A DNA stretch of 64,000 nt from Candidatus Bathyarchaeota archaeon (GTDB lineage Archaea > Thermoproteota > Bathyarchaeia > 40CM-2-53-6 > RBG-13-38-9): NCBI GenBank assembly GCA_963807605.1, contig CAWECG010000004.1, positions 576,001 through 640,000 on the forward strand. The letters run 5' to 3'. The notes under the pieces were generated by a model, which ran no database searches, had not been told where the DNA came from, and worked only from the letters and a program-made list of their open reading frames with translations. The position numbers and the translations under genes are program-made. Every line of letters starts with the position of its first letter. Positions within the stretch are counted from its first letter, which is position 1. Positions 61,462 through 64,000 of this stretch are shown here, in pieces.

Positions 61462-61860
61462 TCAGATCCATTCGCTATGAATGTCATTGATTTTTCTGAA
61501 ATGTGGATCGTCGGATAACACGCGCTTGGATCTAGTCTCTATGCATGTTGCAGCAACGATCGAGTCGGCGGTAGGCAGGTCGCTGTATCGGCATCGGAGA
61601 GCTGCGGACATGAGCGCGATTTTCGAGGTTAGGTCAACTATCTTGAGTCGCGAGGTTAGAATGGAATTGACTCGTAGTTGAGCTACTTCCTTCCCTACGT
61701 TCTCGAACATGAACTTGTAGATCTCATGGATTACGATGGTCGGGACGAAGGTCGTCTCCCGTTGAAGGTCGACCATCTTTCGTGATGTTTTCGCTTTGAG
61801 TTCTTCTGTGTCTGCAAGATAGTGGGTTAGAAAGAACCGTGTGTCAACGGTTGTAGCCAT
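61462..61860 (-). CDS. PIN-domain toxin (VapC)
   Basis: VDTRFF, HEI, ADSIVAA, SDDPHF. Confidence 0.88.
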   Translation of the reverse strand: MATTVDTRFFLTHYLADTEELKAKTSRKMVDLQRETTFVPTIVIHEIYKFMFENVGKEVAQLRVNSILTSRLKIVDLTSKIALMSAALRCRYSDLPTADSIVAATCIETRSKRVLSDDPHFRKINDIHSEWI

Positions 61861-61862
61861 GC

Positions 61863-62102
61863 CTAGTACCTGTCTTGGCGTCTGATGTCGTCCAGTTTTT
61901 TCTTCATCTGTTCCAGAGGAAGTTTGGGTGAGTCGACTCCGGCTAGGTCTTCGAGTGGGGTTATCGGCTTGATGAGAATGCCATCGCCGCTTTCCTTAAC
62001 GAGAACTTGCATCCCCTCCCTTATCCCATACTTTCTTCTCTTGGATGCGGGTATCGTAACCTGACCTTTCCTCGTCACCAAAACGATTTCTTCCGACATC
62101 AC
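61863..62102 (-). CDS. AbrB/MazE-type antitoxin
   Basis: VTRKGQVTIPA..RKYGIREG. Confidence 0.88.
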   Translation of the reverse strand: MMSEEIVLVTRKGQVTIPASKRRKYGIREGMQVLVKESGDGILIKPITPLEDLAGVDSPKLPLEQMKKKLDDIRRQDRY

Positions 62103-62559
62103 AATCAGTCCTACAAGGCGTCGCGGTTGTACTTAAGCGAATCGTACAACTTTGGATAGTAGATGAACAATCCGAGAGTATCTCAGGATTTCCCTCTGTG
62201 TCTCCTAGTAGGGAGATTGCCACATCAAACTTCGATGAGGCACGTATTCGCCTTCCCTACGCCATTGGAAGATCTGTTTTGCCTGTGCTAGATCATGAGT
62301 CTTCACTCCATCGAACAAGCTTCTGTAGTATTCGTGGAGATATTCCACCTTCTCGAAATGAATCCTCAGCGGCGACGCGACCGCGGTCAAGGACGATGTT
62401 CTTGACACCAGATCCTGTTGCAGTCAACCTTTCTAGGAGGGTCACGTGTGGAGGAAAAATGGGTGACGAATACCTTACCAAGAGAGGCAATCAGCTCCGC
62501 CAGACCATTATAGACCTCTCCTGCTGGCTTCAGCCAGAGCGAGAATGCACGGTGGGCTG

Positions 62560-62897
62560 CCCTCAGAGTCTCTTGCCAAACGCACGTTGGGTTCTCTCGT
62601 ACTCTTCTGTCAACCCTATATCCCAAACATGCTGCAACCTAAATCCGTATACCACTTCTTTCGTGCAGAACCACTCAATGAAATTGCCCGGTTCATCACC
62701 TCGCCCTCCTTGACGCAGAATTCATCTGTTCTTTGGAGGGTCGGAAACGGTAGTATGTAGATGCATGCTCCAATCACCTGACCAGTCGGGTGCAGAGGCT
62801 TTTCCTGGAATCCTACGATTCGCATCTCGTGGTCGAGGGTCACTATGGAGCCTCTTCTTGCTTGGTCTGAATCTTCGGCATCAAAGAACATTATGTC
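62560..62897 (-). pseudogene. Sugar-phosphate nucleotidyltransferase remnant abutting F1 copy 5
   Basis: GFQEKP...IGACIYIL, then a frameshifted VWDIG segment. Confidence 0.6.
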
Positions 62898-64000
62898 TTG
62901 ACACTCCCCTGCCTAAAGATAGGGGATTCTAGCTTCTATCATGTTCATTGGTTGGTGGGTCACTGCCCTTCTAGGCTGCCACCTCATTCCATCCCATTTT
63001 AGAAGGTTAGGGTGCGTCATCACCCTGATAGCTGTTCCTTCACGTTGAAGGTTTGCCATTTTCAAGACTCCAATAGCATCCCTGTGAACTTCCATCCCAC
63101 ACTCCAAGCATTTGAAGAGTCTGCCTTTTCTCTCAATGTTTTCTGAGCTGCATCTTATGCATCTGCTTGAAGTCTTGTATTCGCTGACTTCTTTTACTCT
63201 TATGCCGTATTCTTGTGCCGTACACTTTAGTCTTTGAATGATGTATTTGAAGCTCCAGAAGTTATGGATCATAGCGTTGCTCTTCTTTCCTTTATCGTTG
63301 CCGTCTCTGATGCCTGTTAGGTCTCCTATCACAATCTTTGAAACACCGAGATCATAGAGGTCTCTTACCATGACTCTTATCATGGTGTTGATGGCCTGCC
63401 GGAATCTCCGTTGCCTTATCCTGTACAGTCTATTGAGTTGCTTTGAACTTTTCTTGCCGTTGATTGTTTCAAGTATGCTCTGGCAGTCTGCTATTCTATC
63501 GACCCAGTACCACCAATCAGAGAGTAGATTTCTCCCACTGTATGCTATTGGTTGTTTCCATCCTTCAAGCCAGATGGTGAACAGGTTGATTACACCGGGG
63601 TCGATGTAGCATGTCTTGGAGCCTTTCGGCTTGAATAATGGCCTAACCTTTACGGCCTGAAAGACACACCACTTTCCAGCCAAATCATCATAGATGACCT
63701 CGGCTTTCCCCTGTCTTCCGCTCCATTTTGGCTTGCCTCGGATGGGCATCTTCAACTTCTTTGGTAGTCTCATCACTCCATCCTTTACACTATAGCAGTC
63801 GTTCCTCAGAACCATCATCAGCCTGTATTTCCCATCTCTCTTCCAGTATCCTGGCATACACACCTTCTCCATGTTTGGCGGAAGTTTGCCTTCTCGCTCC
63901 AGCTGCTTTAATGCGAAGAAGCTTCTCCATGACTCGTTGCCCTTCCTGATGATCTGTTGAGATGTCGCCGAATCGATTAGTGGCGTATACTTTCGATAGA
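62898..64000 (-). mobile_element. tnpB: IS200/IS605 tnpB element, F1 copy 5 (runs off the window; tnpB stop at 62913)
   Basis: F1 right end TTGACACTCCCC; ORF homologous to copy 1 with a divergent C-terminal/omegaRNA region. Confidence 0.93.

Overview
Archaeal chromosomal segment, probably TACK and plausibly Bathyarchaeia-like (inferred from gatDE, elp3, eS30, an intron-containing tRNA-Gly and BRE/TATA promoters). Core genes (tyrA, gatE, gatD, elp3, rps30e, pyrK) alternate with accessory genes: ornithine decarboxylase plus homospermidine synthase, MFS and ABC transporters, two AbrB-PIN toxin-antitoxin pairs, glycosyltransferases and Lpd/LplA. The window is very rich in RNA-guided-nuclease transposons. 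It holds five copies of an IS605-type TnpB element with a rearranged RuvC site, two copies of a second TnpB family, one of a third, an IS607 element (serine recombinase plus TnpB), an IsrB with omegaRNA, two ~45-bp left-end/right-end fusion scars and a mini-element fused to a truncated tnpA. No intact Y1 TnpA is present. Two candidates for an undescribed system stand out. (1) A divergent TnpB-like gene with a structured 3' RNA region, bounded by a perfect 16-bp DDE-type terminal inverted repeat instead of IS200/IS605 hairpins (18688-20339). (2) The adjacent cluster of four paralogous winged-helix proteins plus a NurA-like nuclease and a HerA-like ATPase, with no mre11/rad50 (13911-18670). No CRISPR array or rRNA was seen. 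All calls are from manual motif reading, not database searches.
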